Numbered from the stretch's first letter, positions 1-17,955 are shown. The stretch is DNA of 64,000 bases from Eledone cirrhosa (GCA_964016885.1 OZ024742.1:19158001-19222000); one strand, 5' to 3'. Translations and numbers: made by a program. The notes: generated by a model not told the origin, from the letters alone.

Positions 1-81
<81 letters not shown>

Positions 82-1153
82 AAAAACTACACTGGAGAAC
101 AATACAATAATTAGTTTAAAGATTGATATTGATGAATAGTTTTAATCTTTCATATCTTAGTCCTTCATCGTAAAATATGAGTGAGGGAGGGAGGAGAAAA
201 AAGAAACAAGGACTTCAGTAGAAAAAAAAATTAAACGGGGAACATGATAGATAGGAGAAAAAGTACGTTTGTTGTTAGTCATATATATATATATGTTTGT
301 GTGTGTGTCTTTATGTCTGATTAATGCATTACTAATATGATTAACATATATAATAGAGAGCAAGGTGGTATATGATCACACTATTAAAATCTATATACTA
401 TACTATCACAATAAACTGTTATATTATTGTTTGGCTTGTGTCACACACTTATAATAACATTCAACATTATATATTCAATTTCTGGCATATTTGAATAATA
501 ATAGCTTATTTCACAACTAACCGGGCTATTTAGAAACTTGCTATTTTCTAAGAAGCAAGTTTTCTGGATCAAAATACTCGTATAATATTGTTGCGTCAAA
601 ACTACATTTGTTTGTGAGAAAATATTGTAAATGTACTAAAATATTTCAAAATATGAATTAATCTCAAGCTCCACATGAACCAACACAATAACGACTAATT
701 GTGGAATTGTTGGACCTCTGTCGCCTCCAGCAATGCGTGTTCTAGTTGAACAGCGTAACAGCCTACTCTAAAAATTAGCATACAAGGGGCTGAGCATTCT
801 ACAGACCAGTGTAGATTAAATGTAGTTCTCAGGGAAATTTAACGTGACACAAGTATGACATGGCTGGCTGGCCCTTTTGTACAAGTTATTTTAGCCAGCT
901 GTGAGGACTAGAGTCACGTGAAATAAAGTGTTATGATCAGTGACACAATGTGCTGCCAGGAATCATTCAGGACCTTACGATTGTGAGCCGAACACACCAA
1001 CCACCTGGCTACGCGCCATCACATGGCATGATCGAGTTGTTAAATATAAATGTCGTTATGCCAAATGTCTATAGACTTATTTTAAAGGATTTAATCAATA
1101 TGTAAAGAAGAGTATTTATGAGAGGTTTCAGGGAATGGTGTCGAGAGAGGAAA

Positions 1154-1316
1154 CAGATCTGTCAACCTCTAAAAGCCCAAACGAGGAGAAATGAGGCAAA
1201 ATGGGGAGATTTTACATAATGAAAGCCATATCCATTTCCACAAGAGAAGACATCTCTAACCCACCCCCAAAGTGAGGAGAGATCTCTCCGTCGGACGGAG
1301 AGAGTTGACAGGTCTG
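1154..1316. mobile_element. MITE with terminal inverted repeats
   Basis: CAGATCTGTCAAC / GTTGACAGGTCTG, flanked on both sides by the direct repeat GAGGAAA. Confidence 0.65.
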
Positions 1317-2309
1317 GAGGAAAGAAGGTTTCCTCCCATTTTGTGACTCCATAAGAATGAAAGGCAAAGTGGAAATCGGAGAGATTTTAACTAAAATTGT
1401 AGAGATTGGGAGGAAATACGACAAGGTATGTTTTGCTTCTCTCTAACGACTCTTAATTCACCGCCTTACTCCTCAACGTGGAACAAGTAAGCCTTTGTAG
1501 GGCTACAGTTCACTTATCTGGGTAGGTGAAAGTATAGATGTTACATATTTAATGATCACATACAGAACAATGACACCTAACTGATGAGCAAACCTTTATT
1601 CACTTACCAACACAATGCATTGGGTCCTTTGCCTGTTGCTACTGAAGAAGGGTCCTCCATCGGTTTCAATGATGGGTATTTAGGTGTTTGATAAATAGAC
1701 CATGCAACACGTTAACTAACCTTTAAGTGATTGAGAATTTCACAAATATATGTACCCATCACTTAATTCTCAAGCCGGATTAGCGTAACAGAATGTCAAA
1801 GAACTTCGACGAATGAGATCAACTAGCCCTCCCTGTTATATGTAATAGATGAGTCAGTTTATATACTATTGATTAAATGATTAATCACATGTATGATCTA
1901 TAGACAAGTAATTCCAGAGAGAGTCGTAGGGACGTCGTAGTGGCATGTTCATGTCTTGGAAATTTAAAACCTGGCGGTGCCCATCGTCTCCAGGTCTGAA
2001 CACAAGCGATTTTTCCAGATAATAAAAGAAAGAACGGAATTGAGAAAGAGATATAGAGAAAATATAGACCTCCCCTCTCTCCATCTCCAGTATTAGACTT
2101 GTATTTCGAAAGGATGAAAGTTAAATTTGACCTTTGCAGGATTTAAACTCAGAATGCAGCGAGCGAGAACGAATATCACAAAGCATTTTATCCGACGTTC
2201 TTATGATAATACACTGCATCATTATTCGCAGGATTCTAACTTGAGGAATAAATTTTCGACTTAATATTTAAGATTTTTAAAGAAATCTATAAAACCTAGA
2301 TACACTGCT

Positions 2310-2580
2310 AATTGGCAGAGTTGTTAAAACATCGGATTAAGTGCTTCGCAATTTTCGTTCAGGCTCTCTACACTGTGAGTTTAATTCCCGCCGAGATCAA
2401 CCATGCCTTTCATCCTTTCGAGGTTGATAAAAAAGGTATTAGTTTAGTATTGGAGTCGAGTCCTTGTCTCTATAACTCTCCACAAATCTATGTTCAGAAC
2501 TGGAGAAGAGTTGGGCTCTACCAGGTTTAAAATACCCAAGAAGCACCGTGTATCATTAGGGCGCCACTACGACACCATAT
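2310..2580 (+). mobile_element. SINE family 1 with an alternative tail (similar copies at 2935-3190 +, 1890-2225 -, 31640-31860 -, 32630-32950 -)
   Basis: Same head and core, followed by a shared tail containing CCAGGTTTAAAATACCCAA. Confidence 0.6.
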
Positions 2581-3208
2581 TTCCATTAAATCCAGATTAA
2601 GTATTAATACTATAAGAAGCTTGCTGCCGCTTGTGAAATCACACTTAAGAATTATTTGTAAATAATCCTCAATTCTTTTTTAAATATATTTATCTGAATA
2701 AGTTTTACCTTGGAATATTAAACTATCAAATATGTATAGATACATTAAGAAGAATGAAACTGCTATTTCATTCGTTAATAAGAAATAAGCTGTTTCACCA
2801 TAGAGAAGCGAAATAACCGTGTAGGTGAAAAGTTAGCTGTAAGTTTATATCTGCCTTATGTATTTTTTTGTATTTGTCAGCAGCAAACGTAACCCTAACG
2901 TATTTGTTTTAGTAGAGTTGTATGACATGTAGAGGCAAGGTATTAGCAGAGTCCTTAGAATATAGCATATAATCCTTTGCCATATTCATTCCGGCTCTCT
3001 GCTGTCGGAGTTCAAATTCCGTCGAGGTAAACTTTGTCTTACACCATATCTTTCTCACCTCAATCACATTTCTTCTCTGGAAGATATCGGTTCTTTTCAG
3101 AAGCAGAGAGGGATGGGTTCCGCCAGGTTTAAAATACCCAAACGGTTCCTTTAAGGTTCCATTAGGAGTTACGGGTCCCTAGGTACATTCAGGACTTGTT
3201 CCAGGTTA

Positions 3209-3420
3209 TGTAACCACAAGATCATCTAAGAATATATCTTGTAGACCTAAATACAATCCAATATATCTCGCCATCTCAAAATTATTTTCCTATGCTTCAT
3301 GATAACAGGGGTTTTGTAACCACAAGATCATCTAAGAATATATCTTGTAGACCTAAATACAATCCAATATATCTCGCCATCTCAAAATTATTTTCCTATG
3401 CTTCATGATAACAGGGGTTT
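3209..3420. repeat. 106-bp direct tandem duplication
   Basis: GTAACCACAAGATCATCTAAG...GATAACAGGGGTTT occurs at 3210 and 3316. Confidence 0.9.
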
Positions 3421-3609
3421 CCATGATTAAATCGAACAATTTTACAGAACAGTACCAGTCCCCAATATAGTTAAAACATACAGGAACACCATTACTGCTG
3501 TATTTAATTAGTTATATAATATATCTCTTGGTATATAATTATTTGTCTTTGTATTTTGTTCATATTGCTCCATTGTTTTTTTAGTTTTATGCCCTTCTAT
3601 TTGGTGTAG

Positions 3610-3881
3610 ACAATATTTACATATGTGGTGGTTTTGATGGCCAGGAAATACTTCGATCTGCTGAGTACTACAATACTGTATTGAACCAGTGGACAATGGT
3701 AGCACCAATGGAGAGTATTCGAAGCGGTTTCTGTGTCGTTGCTTATCGCGATTCCATATATGCCTTGGGTGGTTTTGACGGAAACAACCGAATGTCGACC
3801 GTGGAACGCTACATTCCCTCCAATGATGTTTGGCGACCTGCACCAAATTTGGGTGTTGCGAGAAGCAATTTTGCAGCAGAG
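3610..3881 (+). CDS. KLHL10: Kelch-like protein (KLHL10-like), internal coding exon
   Basis: tgtAG acceptor at 3608-3609 and GTAAGT donor at 3882. Translates (D)NIYICGGFDGQEILRSAEYYNTVLNQWTMVAPMESIRSGFCVVAYRDSIYALGGFDGNNRMSTVERYIPSNDVWRPAPNLGVARSNFAAE, i.e. Kelch repeats with the GG..Y..W pattern, closely resembling KLHL10 as recalled. Upstream exons were not found in the window. Confidence 0.9.
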
Positions 3882-3903
3882 GTAAGTTTATATAAGCGTG
3901 CAT

Positions 3904-3989
<86 letters not shown>

Positions 3990-4134
3990 AATATATATAT
4001 ATACATACATACCCGATGTAAATTGATGACTGCCAAAAAAGGTACTCAATAAGTTAGTAGAGTATGGGTGAAACCGACCTACTCCTGTAAAGACCATTTC
4101 TATAATAAGATAAATATGTTTCTTTATGTTTATA

Positions 4135-4232
<98 letters not shown>

Positions 4233-4749
4233 AAATAGTGTATTCAAAACTTAGTCTGCTTGTGTCACTACTCGGAGCTTCTCGCTCCCGATTTTCAGGC
4301 GAGTCACAACAATGTAAATTTTGATATTTTCTTATATATATATTACTGATGGCTCAAATGGTGGTTTTCTGGCCAGGTGATACTGGTCATGTGTCACTTT
4401 ATAGAGAGGATCAGTTGATCTCGAATTAGAAGGGAGAAAATAAAATCTCCTTCAGAACATATCAAGATATTATGAAGAGTTGTATGAATGAACATCCGTC
4501 AGTTTCGACGATGAATATTCCAGTTGTTCGTTCAACGGAACAGCATACTCATGAAATTTACATGTAAGCGGTTGAGCATTTCACAGATACGTGTACACTT
4601 ATAATACTTAGGGAGATTCAGCGTAACATAAATGTGACAAGCTAGACTTATCTACTGGATGTTGCTTCCACAAAGATTTGTATATAATTAAGTCAAATAG
4701 TGCTGAACGTGATGCAATATTCTTGTGGGGTATTATTTGGAGTCCACGT

Positions 4750-5352
4750 AGGGCAGTGGATTGGCAGTGTAGGTAGAGCGTCGGACAACATGCTTTGTAA
4801 AGTATAGTTACGTCCCTTGAAGTTCTGATTTCAAATCACGCCGAGTTTAGCTTTGCTTTTTATAATTGGGGGTGGGGGTCGATAAAATAACGTACCAGTG
4901 AGTATTGGGATCGATTTAATCGACTTTTTCATCCAATATTGTTAACTTTGTGCCAAAATAAAAAAGAACCCATTATTTCGAGTCAACGTAGAGAGGTGAA
5001 TTGGCAGTTGCGGTAGAGCGTCGGCCCTTTACTTTCTGAGTTCAAATCCCGCCAAGGTTCGCTTTGCCTTTCATCATTACGGGGGTTGATAAAATAGTAC
5101 CAGTAATACACTGGTGTCGATTTAATCGACTTTTCCCTTTTCCAAATTGTTGGCCTTGAGCCTAAATCAGAAACAATTAAGAGTGATGGATTGGCAGTAA
5201 TGAGTAGAACGTCAGATACGTTTCGTGGTATAGAGTCACATCCCTTTACGTTTCACCGAGTTTAGCTTTGCCATTCGCCCTTTCGGGGCCGATTTAATCG
5301 ACTCCCACCCGCCACCAATTTTTGGCCTGGTCTCTAAATCAGAACCCATTAT
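4750..5352 (+). mobile_element. three tandem copies of tRNA-derived SINE family 1
   Basis: GGATTGGCAG..GGTAGAGCG (A box-like), GAGTTCAAATCCC (B box), conserved core GCCTTTCATCCTT.CGGGGTCGATAAAATAAAGTACCAG. Confidence 0.8.
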
Positions 5353-5585
5353 TATTGAGTCAACGTTGACATAATTCAGTTGACAAGCGCCAAGGAATGG
5401 AATGTTCTAGGTGCAGTAATTTGTCCTTATCTGATCGTTAAATACAACACATATTTCTTGTTGAAGAATTTGTTTAAAGGAATTTTACTTATTTGGTATT
5501 TTTATTTTTGTTAAGGAGTTATATTGATGTAGAAATCAGCAGTAGTTGTGTGTGCTCAAAAACGTGTGTGGATGTGCGTGTGTAT

Positions 5586-5715
5586 GATTTTTTTTCTAAG
5601 TAGAAAAATGCCAGCGACTTCGAAGTTTCAACGTGATCGCTTCATCTAACAGCCTGATGAAGGGATCAAGTTGAAACTTCGAAATCACATTTTTTTTTCT
5701 ACTTGGAAAATAATT
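5586..5715. mobile_element. fold-back insertion carrying two decayed hammerhead copies
   Basis: Imperfect inverted repeat. The consensus of the arms is CAGC-CTGATGA-AGCG(ATCA)CGTT-GAAA-CTTCGAAG-TC-GCTG. Confidence 0.65.
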
Positions 5716-5767
5716 TCTATACAGTGTCCATATAGTTAAAGTTTGAATATTTCAAATACTATGGTAT

Positions 5768-5822
<55 letters not shown>

Positions 5823-6030
5823 GTTCCACCAATTCCGAGAACAATTGTTTCACCTTATTCAGATCATCAGTGGTTTGCCAGGGAACGTCTTCACGAACCA
5901 AAGTATTGTCTTCCTGATTTCCTTCGGTTGCAACGTTTTTCGAAATATTTACTTCTTCGTTCACAGATTGATTTTTTTAGTTAAGGGTGAAAGCAGTGAT
6001 TCTTTGCTTAAACTTTAATCTGTTATTTTA

Positions 6031-6098
<68 letters not shown>

Positions 6099-6366
6099 CA
6101 ATGATAGTAAAATCAAAAGGAACAATCCACAGAAGCTTGCACCAGCACTCGATAAGATGATATCGATAAATCGATAAATTACATCTTAGAGTAATAAACA
6201 TACGTTAAAGGTGTGACAAATTGAAAACTGTGGCTAGGTAAAGAATGCCACAACAGCCACTACAACAATTAAAATACATAGATAGATAGACACATTTTTG
6301 GTATGTCTCATGAGGCCATAGATTTACAGCTGGAAATTCTCTCTTCAGGATGAATACATAGGGATA

Positions 6367-6397
<31 letters not shown>

Positions 6398-7016
6398 GGG
6401 GCATGAAGATGTGCAATCACCCATCTATCTCTATGTCAATAATTGTTGGTCAAGACGCACACAAAAGCCTTTACACCTCGGCATTATTGACCTCACATGC
6501 AAACTCAGAAAGTGTGAATTAGTACTTTTTTCGGAGGGGGTGGGACGCAGAATCGCTAAATGTTTAAGGAGTTCGCTTCATCCTGACTGATATTTCTTTC
6601 TGGGGTGTATTTATCTACAGTGAAGAGGAAACCAACGGAATATAATTTTTAGTAAAATCCAATCAATTTTATAGTCAAAGGGAAGTAAAATTTGTCACCT
6701 GATTCTCCTCATCATTAAGTCTCATGTTCGATCCGATTGCGTGGCATAGACAAATGTTATTTACCGTGACATCAGGTTGAAGCAGGTTTTGTGAGTGAAA
6801 TCGAGGTGAGGAAAACATTTTGGGAGCTTCTCAGAAGGACTGTACCTGTAGTTTATAGAGAACCAGGCTTGTCATACACAACCTTTAGCTGAATCTCCCA
6901 AAGTATTATATTAAGGACATTAAGGACACATGAGTAGGCTGTTTTGAGCGATCAATCAACTGGAACAGTCTTCGTCGAAAGCAATGGAAATCCATTCTCT
7001 CTCTAGCTCTCTGTGT

Positions 7017-7048
<32 letters not shown>

Positions 7049-7551
7049 CACAAAATGTACCCTTGTCATTCCAGCAACATTATTACCATTGTCAGAGTGA
7101 AAGAAGCGAGGTCAGTAGGTGTGAGCATAGAAGTGATATTGAAGGCAAAAGTGATATAGTCATTCATATCTGAACAATAACCATTAATTATCTCAGTGAA
7201 ACATCAATGACATCTTACAGAACGTCTCGTCATGTCTTAGTAAAGAGAATCAGCTTTCAGCCACAACCTACAGACTATATAAATTATTAGTGTCACTAGG
7301 AAATAAACTACTTTTGTAAATAATAAGCCAATAGAACTGGGCTGAATGCGATAATAAAATACCATGGCAAATGCCTACATCTGTTGATAGTACATTCTCA
7401 TCTCTGTCCTGCTTTACTGACAACAGCCGGAAAAAATTAATAAACAACAAAAATAAAATTACCTCGATCAATGATTTCACAGACACGTTATATTTAGCTT
7501 CCAGCCTTTCTCTGTTTCTCACACATACACAATATATATATATATAAATAC

Positions 7552-7598
<47 letters not shown>

Positions 7599-7671
7599 CA
7601 TATATATATATACATATATATATATATACATATATATATATACATATATATATACATATATATATGTATAT

Positions 7672-7724
<53 letters not shown>

Positions 7725-7878
7725 GAGAGAGAGAATGAGTATATTTACCAACATATGCGTACAGATGTACACTAATGCTAGCAAATACATAAGTTATGTC
7801 ATAGAAACTAATTAGTTGGAGTGAAAATTTTAGAAAGTTAATTTTTAATTTTTAAAACTTTCTTATTTTACGTCTTTC

Positions 7879-8252
<374 letters not shown>

Positions 8253-8277
8253 GTGTATATATATATATATATGTGTG

Positions 8278-8382
<105 letters not shown>

Positions 8383-8383
8383 A

Positions 8384-8418
<35 letters not shown>

Positions 8419-8419
8419 G

Positions 8420-8514
<95 letters not shown>

Positions 8515-8555
8515 CATATATATATATACATATATACATATATAAACATATATAT

Positions 8556-8742
<187 letters not shown>

Positions 8743-8816
8743 AAACCAACAGTTGAACAAAGTTGATCAATATTTATGGTACGTCAAATTTATTTATAAA
8801 ACTGCTTATATATTGT

Positions 8817-8880
8817 ATTTTATCTGAAGAAGGCATGCCATATTTCTAATATGGTATCCCTGAAATATGTATGATGAAAT
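8817..8880 (+). ncRNA. type I hammerhead motif (cleavage site mutated to UG)
   Basis: ATTTTAT-CTGAAGA-AGG.ATGCCATAT(TTCTA)ATATGGTAT.CCT-GAAA-TATGTA-TG-ATGAAAT, within a 270-bp unit at 8741-9012. Confidence 0.65.
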
Positions 8881-9011
8881 AAATATGGTTTTATAAATAT
8901 AGTTTCCATTTGTTTAATATCGTATATCTACTCCAAAACTTGTTGAGTGCATTATATCAGTTATGAAATATTTACTCGTTGTAACCCAACAATTTTAAAT
9001 AAAACTTTTGC

Positions 9012-9092
<81 letters not shown>

Positions 9093-9105
9093 CATATATA
9101 TATAC

Positions 9106-9142
<37 letters not shown>

Positions 9143-9165
9143 CATATATATATACATATATATAC

Positions 9166-9224
<59 letters not shown>

Positions 9225-9293
9225 CATATATGTATACATATATGTATACATATATACATATATATATATATACATATATGTATACATATATGT

Positions 9294-9408
<115 letters not shown>

Positions 9409-9416
9409 TATATCAA

Positions 9417-9448
<32 letters not shown>

Positions 9449-9546
9449 CATATATATATATACATATATATACATATATATATACATACATATATATATA
9501 TATATATATTATATACATATATATATATACATATATATACATATAC

Positions 9547-9634
<88 letters not shown>

Positions 9635-9647
9635 CATATATATATAC

Positions 9648-9741
<94 letters not shown>

Positions 9742-9772
9742 GTATATGTATATATACATATATATATATATG

Positions 9773-9839
<67 letters not shown>

Positions 9840-9840
9840 G

Positions 9841-9993
<153 letters not shown>

Positions 9994-10020
9994 GTGTGTA
10001 TATATATATATATATGTGTG

Positions 10021-10081
<61 letters not shown>

Positions 10082-10098
10082 ATATATATATATATATG

Positions 10099-10139
<41 letters not shown>

Positions 10140-10142
10140 GTG

Positions 10143-10306
<164 letters not shown>

Positions 10307-10348
10307 CATATATATATACATATATATATATATACATATATAAACATA

Positions 10349-10538
<190 letters not shown>

Positions 10539-10614
10539 CCATACCAACAGTTGAACAAAGTTGAACAATATTTATGGTACGTCAAATTTATTTATAAAAC
10601 TGCTTATATATTGT

Positions 10615-10678
10615 ATTTTATCTGAAGAAGGCATGCCATATTTCTAATATGGTATCCCTGAAATATGTATGATGAAAT
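10615..10678 (+). ncRNA. type I hammerhead motif, duplicate of 8817-8880
   Basis: Identical sequence 1798 bp downstream. Confidence 0.65.
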
Positions 10679-10819
10679 AAATATGGTTTTATAAATATAG
10701 TTTCCATTTGTTTAATATCGTATATCTACTCCAAAACTTGTTGAGTGCATTATATCAGTTATGAAATATTTACTCGTTGTAACCCAACAATTTTAAATAA
10801 AACTTTTGCATATATATAC

Positions 10820-10916
<97 letters not shown>

Positions 10917-10939
10917 CATATATATATACATATAAATAC

Positions 10940-11018
<79 letters not shown>

Positions 11019-11087
11019 CATATATGTATACATATATGTATACATATATACATATATATATATATACATATATGTATACATATATGT

Positions 11088-11313
<226 letters not shown>

Positions 11314-11332
11314 CATATATATACATATATAT

Positions 11333-11395
<63 letters not shown>

Positions 11396-11406
11396 TATAC
11401 ATATAC

Positions 11407-11487
<81 letters not shown>

Positions 11488-11494
11488 TATATAC

Positions 11495-11608
<114 letters not shown>

Positions 11609-11639
11609 GTATATGTATATATACATATATATATATATG

Positions 11640-11803
<164 letters not shown>

Positions 11804-11929
11804 GTAGGAGGTGAGTTTTATTGTAGTACAATAAAGCAATGCAGATATCGGATAAGTAGCACTCTACAGTTTGTAGGACTGGAGTATAAATAATATATAA
11901 GATCAAAAGATGGTTAAAAGAGTTCCTTG

Positions 11930-12000
11930 TATTTTATTATGCGCATTTCAAAAACAAATATCATCATGCAATAACATTTGCGTTTTCGTCAGATAAAATA
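11930..12000 (-). ncRNA. type I hammerhead ribozyme
   Basis: TATTTTAT-CTGACGA-long stem II (GCAAATGTTATT/GATGATATTTGT)-GAAA-TGCGCA-TA-ATAAAATA: 8-bp stem I, palindromic stem III. Confidence 0.8.
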
Positions 12001-12098
12001 GGGAGACATGATATGAAGGTTAAAACACACTTGTGAATAGTGCAGTTTTAAATCAACATATTAAAACCGCACTATTCACAAGTGTGTTTTAACCTTCA

Positions 12099-13182
12099 TC
12101 ACACACACCAGTACACCACACTCCCTCCATAGAACTACACACACCCTTCTCTCCCCGCTCCACCCACACCCTCGCTCCACACTCACTCATCCCACTAACA
12201 CCTCTACTAATACACACACACACACCCTCCTCACTCCAACTTTCACACCTACCAATCCTCGCCCCTTTACCATTCCACCGACTGCTGCTATGCCCTCTGA
12301 CCACCTCCCAGCACAAACAGACACACAGCACTCCCACTGCTTGACCACTTTCTGTTGCGCGCGCACCCCACATCTCTCCTCTTCCGACCATCGCTTCATG
12401 GAATACTTGTACGTAGAACTTGACCACCACAGAATCCACTAAACATCATCGGATTTTACCAACTTTTCAACCATCCTCTTACGTAATCACCTATATAACT
12501 CACCCACACACACACACCCTAAAAAATGTTTTTCTCCACACGCCACCTACACCCACAACACGCTTAAACCCCACACACACGTGCTTTCCACCACATATTT
12601 ACACTCTCAGCCTCCTGATTCCTCTCCCCCACACCTCTATCCACACACGCACAGACACTCCGACCTACAACCCCCCCCCCCACACACACACCTCTTCCTG
12701 AACATGCAACCCCGTTCTTCCCCCAACCCTTACTTTCACATACACACACACACACACACACGTACTCCTACACACACACACCACCTTCAGCCCTCCCCGC
12801 TCGGACATCCCGTCTCCCTCTCCCCACTCCACCCGCCACCACCCCTACACACCCCACACCCTTGCACCACCTGTTTTACCGCGCTTTTAATTTCAGTTCA
12901 TTTTGATCATGCTTTTATATTTAAATTTATTTCATTCCTTGTATTTTGATCATGCTTTATTTTTATTTTTATTTTTAATTTCATTCGCACCGTTTCCTTT
13001 CGCTATATGTCTCTCCACCACTCCCCTACACACCCTTTGAACTCTGTTCCCACACACTTCTCACCTGAGGAAGGGCTTATGCCCGAAACGTTGTTCCCCA
13101 CCAACACCTCACTCTCCAGAGCGTGAAATTAATAAACATTCGTTGTACTGCCTCTCTGTTTTGTTCCTGTTCAAATTTTTCC

Positions 13183-13185
<3 letters not shown>
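12099..13185 (+). mobile_element. probable Penelope-like 3' region: C/A-rich tract ending in a hammerhead core
   Basis: CTGAGGA-A-GGGC(TTAT)GCCC-GAAA-CGTT at 13065-13092, then AATAAA and (TA)n. Same layout as the Penelope fragment at 40 kb. Stem I not evident. Confidence 0.55.
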
Positions 13186-13278
<93 letters not shown>

Positions 13279-13304
13279 TATATATATACACATATATATA
13301 TATT

Positions 13305-13352
<48 letters not shown>

Positions 13353-13353
13353 C

Positions 13354-13515
<162 letters not shown>

Positions 13516-13522
13516 GTATATA

Positions 13523-13579
<57 letters not shown>

Positions 13580-13616
13580 GTATATGTATATTGATATGTA
13601 TATATATGTATATGTA

Positions 13617-13693
<77 letters not shown>

Positions 13694-13740
13694 GTATATA
13701 TATGTATATGTATATTGAAATGTATATATATGTATATGTA

Positions 13741-13817
<77 letters not shown>

Positions 13818-13856
13818 ATATATATGTATGTATGTATATATATATATGTATGTATG

Positions 13857-13889
<33 letters not shown>

Positions 13890-13932
13890 ATATATATATA
13901 TATATGTATGTATATATATATATATATGTATG

Positions 13933-13963
<31 letters not shown>

Positions 13964-14396
13964 CTTAAGAGTCAATGGCCATACAAAATTACCGGGAGAG
14001 ATGACCCCTTAGCCTTTGTTAAAGCAGAATTCTAGGAGAAGGAAAACTCTGATATAACACCTCCAACGCTGATGCTATCCAATGATGTTGACTTGTTCTT
14101 CTTTTTGGTAAATATCATCTTGGTTACGAGAGTGGGACTGGCTTTGTGCAGTGCCTTTGCTCACTATAAATGCTTCACGGCACAGGCATTGCTTTATATC
14201 TGGAGATCTCTCTGCACTTGTCATCACATGGTACCATGGGCCCAGCACTGTGTGTCAATAATAGTCACAAGTGTAGTGTTTGTACCAGAGTTTTTAAGTC
14301 GCTGGCTGGACTAAAAATTCATACTTGTTCAGCGCATCGGTAGGGGTTCTCCTACATATAAAGTAGTGGCCGTCCTCGAAAACGAGTTGACAGCCA

Positions 14397-14464
<68 letters not shown>

Positions 14465-14474
14465 GTATGTATAT

Positions 14475-15504
14475 TGTAGTATGTTGTAATCGAAGGAGTA
14501 AAACCAAGCCCTGCCAAAGTCACCAGTGGCGTCCCACAAGCACTGTGTTGCGCCCACTTCTTTTCATCATCTATATTAATGACATTACTGGCATCATCAA
14601 ACACAGCAACATCAGAATCTTCGCAGATGATTCCAAGCTCCAAAGGGTCATCAATGAGGTGGGTGACCGGACTTGCCTTCAGTCAGACCTACTGGCTGTT
14701 ATCCAATGGGCAGAGATGAATAATATGCTGTTGAATGAGGATAAATTTGAAACTCTAGTGGCTTCCAATAACATCAGAGACCTGGGAGTAATTGTGGACA
14801 ACAATATAAGCTGGGCCACTCATATAAACAGCAAAGTTGATATGGCCCGCAGAATGTGTTCCTAGATTCTTAGAACTTTCCAGTCGAGAGATATCCACAC
14901 TGTTGTCCTTCTCTTCTCCACTTTTGCCCGACCCCACCTTGAATACTGTTGTCCACTGTGGTCACCCCACACGAAACAAAGTATCATGAAAGTTGAAGAA
15001 CACCGAAGGTCAATTACAAAAAAGATAGTTGGCATGACAGGCCTTGACTATTGGAGTCGATTAGAAAAGCTCAAATGTTATTCTCTTCAACGTCGCCGTG
15101 AGCGCTACATTATCTGTATGATGTGGAAAATATTCCATCAGCTTTGCCCAAATGATGTTGGCATCACCTTTAGTGTACACCCAAGGTTTGGGCCCCGTGC
15201 TATCCCACTCGCATCACATAACAACAATACGGCACAATTATTTCACCTCAATTGGCGCTGCACTCTTTAACATTACACCAAAACACATCAAATGAGAAAC
15301 AGACCTCATCAAGTTCAGGAAGTCTTTGGATAATTCCTTCAAGAAATCCCGGATAAGCTTCCTACACCCGGAGATGCCTCCGTAAACAATAACTCTCTGC
15401 TTGAGTGGAACATGGTGGCCAAACACTGATTTGTAAGACTTCGCCAGGTGGTGCTATTAAGTTAGACATGGCCTGGGCCAATACTGACCGAAACCTATCA
15501 AAGT
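14475..15504 (+). mobile_element. 5'-truncated, decayed LINE (RT C-terminal part), related to the 19.9-24.7 kb element
   Basis: PLLFIIYINDI..IFADDSKL, RDLGV, RPHLEYC, YSLQRRRERY with stops and frameshifts. 3' end CATGGCCT..GAAAC resembles the larger element. Flanked by (TA)n. Confidence 0.88.
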
Positions 15505-15613
<109 letters not shown>

Positions 15614-15699
15614 GTATAGATATATATACACATATATATATATACATATATATATATATATCTACATATATATATATATATACACATATATATATATAC

Positions 15700-15732
<33 letters not shown>

Positions 15733-15739
15733 CGTATAG

Positions 15740-15964
<225 letters not shown>

Positions 15965-15998
15965 CATATATATATACATATATATATATATTTACATA

Positions 15999-16030
<32 letters not shown>

Positions 16031-16031
16031 C

Positions 16032-16077
<46 letters not shown>

Positions 16078-16107
16078 ATATATATATATACATATATATA
16101 CATATAC

Positions 16108-16186
<79 letters not shown>

Positions 16187-16393
16187 TATATACATATATA
16201 TACATATATATATACATATATATATATACATATATATATACATATATATATACATATATATATATACATATATATATATACATATATATTTATACATATA
16301 TATATACATATATATATATACATATATATAGACATATATATATACATATATATATATATACATATATATATACATATATATATATACATATAC

Positions 16394-16427
<34 letters not shown>

Positions 16428-16455
16428 ATATACATATATATACATATATATACAC

Positions 16456-16488
<33 letters not shown>

Positions 16489-16661
16489 CACACATATATA
16501 TACATATATATGCATATATATATATACATATATATATACATATATATATATATATACACACATATATATACATATATATACATATATATATATACATATA
16601 TATATATAAATATATATATACATATATACATATATATATTTATATATACATATATATATAC

Positions 16662-16692
<31 letters not shown>

Positions 16693-17008
16693 CGATTTCA
16701 CAGAACTTATGTTCACCGAATTCATTGACTAGACCCCTTCTTCCTCCCGTTAGACCTGTGCGAAATTCCTTCCTTGCTCACATTTCAACCAGGTTTGATG
16801 GTCTTTATTCTCTCTCGTTCACGATTTCACCGAACTTATATTCATGGAAATCTGGGATTTCACTCTTTCTTCCTCACCTTTCGTTGCTTCACCATCTTTG
16901 TTTGTTTACACTCTCGCTGTTCCTTTTATTTACATGTCCCAACGACTTTCTTTAGCCGTTTCCCGCACCAACCGGAGGTATGGTCTTTAAAGCGATGAAA
17001 TACCAATG

Positions 17009-17103
17009 ATGGTTGGAAGATCACTGATGAAGGACTAACTTTATTTATATGTAACCCATATGCAACCACGCAGCACGTTTGTTTTCTATATATATACATA
17101 TTG

Positions 17104-17179
<76 letters not shown>

Positions 17180-17274
17180 CAATATGTATATATATAGAAA
17201 ACAAACGTGCAGCGTGGTTGCATATGGGTTACATATAAATAAAGTTAGTCCTTCATCAGTGATCTTCCAACCAT
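17009..17274. repeat. near-perfect inverted repeat with a (TA)n centre
   Basis: ATGGTTGGAAGATCACTGATGAAGGACTAAC...GTTAGTCCTTCATCAGTGATCTTCCAACCAT. Contains only the CTGATGA half of a hammerhead. Confidence 0.85.
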
Positions 17275-17326
17275 ATATATATATATATATACATGTATAC
17301 ATATATATATTTATATATACATATAC

Positions 17327-17734
<408 letters not shown>

Positions 17735-17815
17735 GTAAGTATGTATGTATACATTTAAGTAAGTGCCGTACTAAGAGTGAGAAATGAAATTTCGTTTCAT
17801 TCTATTCCATTTATA

Positions 17816-17955
<140 letters not shown>

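Noticed and set aside
1575-1680. CTGATGA and CTGAAGA heptamers (also about 47590, minus strand)
   Set aside because: No properly placed GAAA or closing stems.
3882-4052. Continuation of the Kelch ORF into HTHT repeats
   Set aside because: Lies past the GTAAGT donor; intronic (CA)n.
4750-5352. tRNA genes suggested by GTTCAAATCCC boxes
   Set aside because: These are SINE heads followed by SINE core sequence, with no complete cloverleaf.
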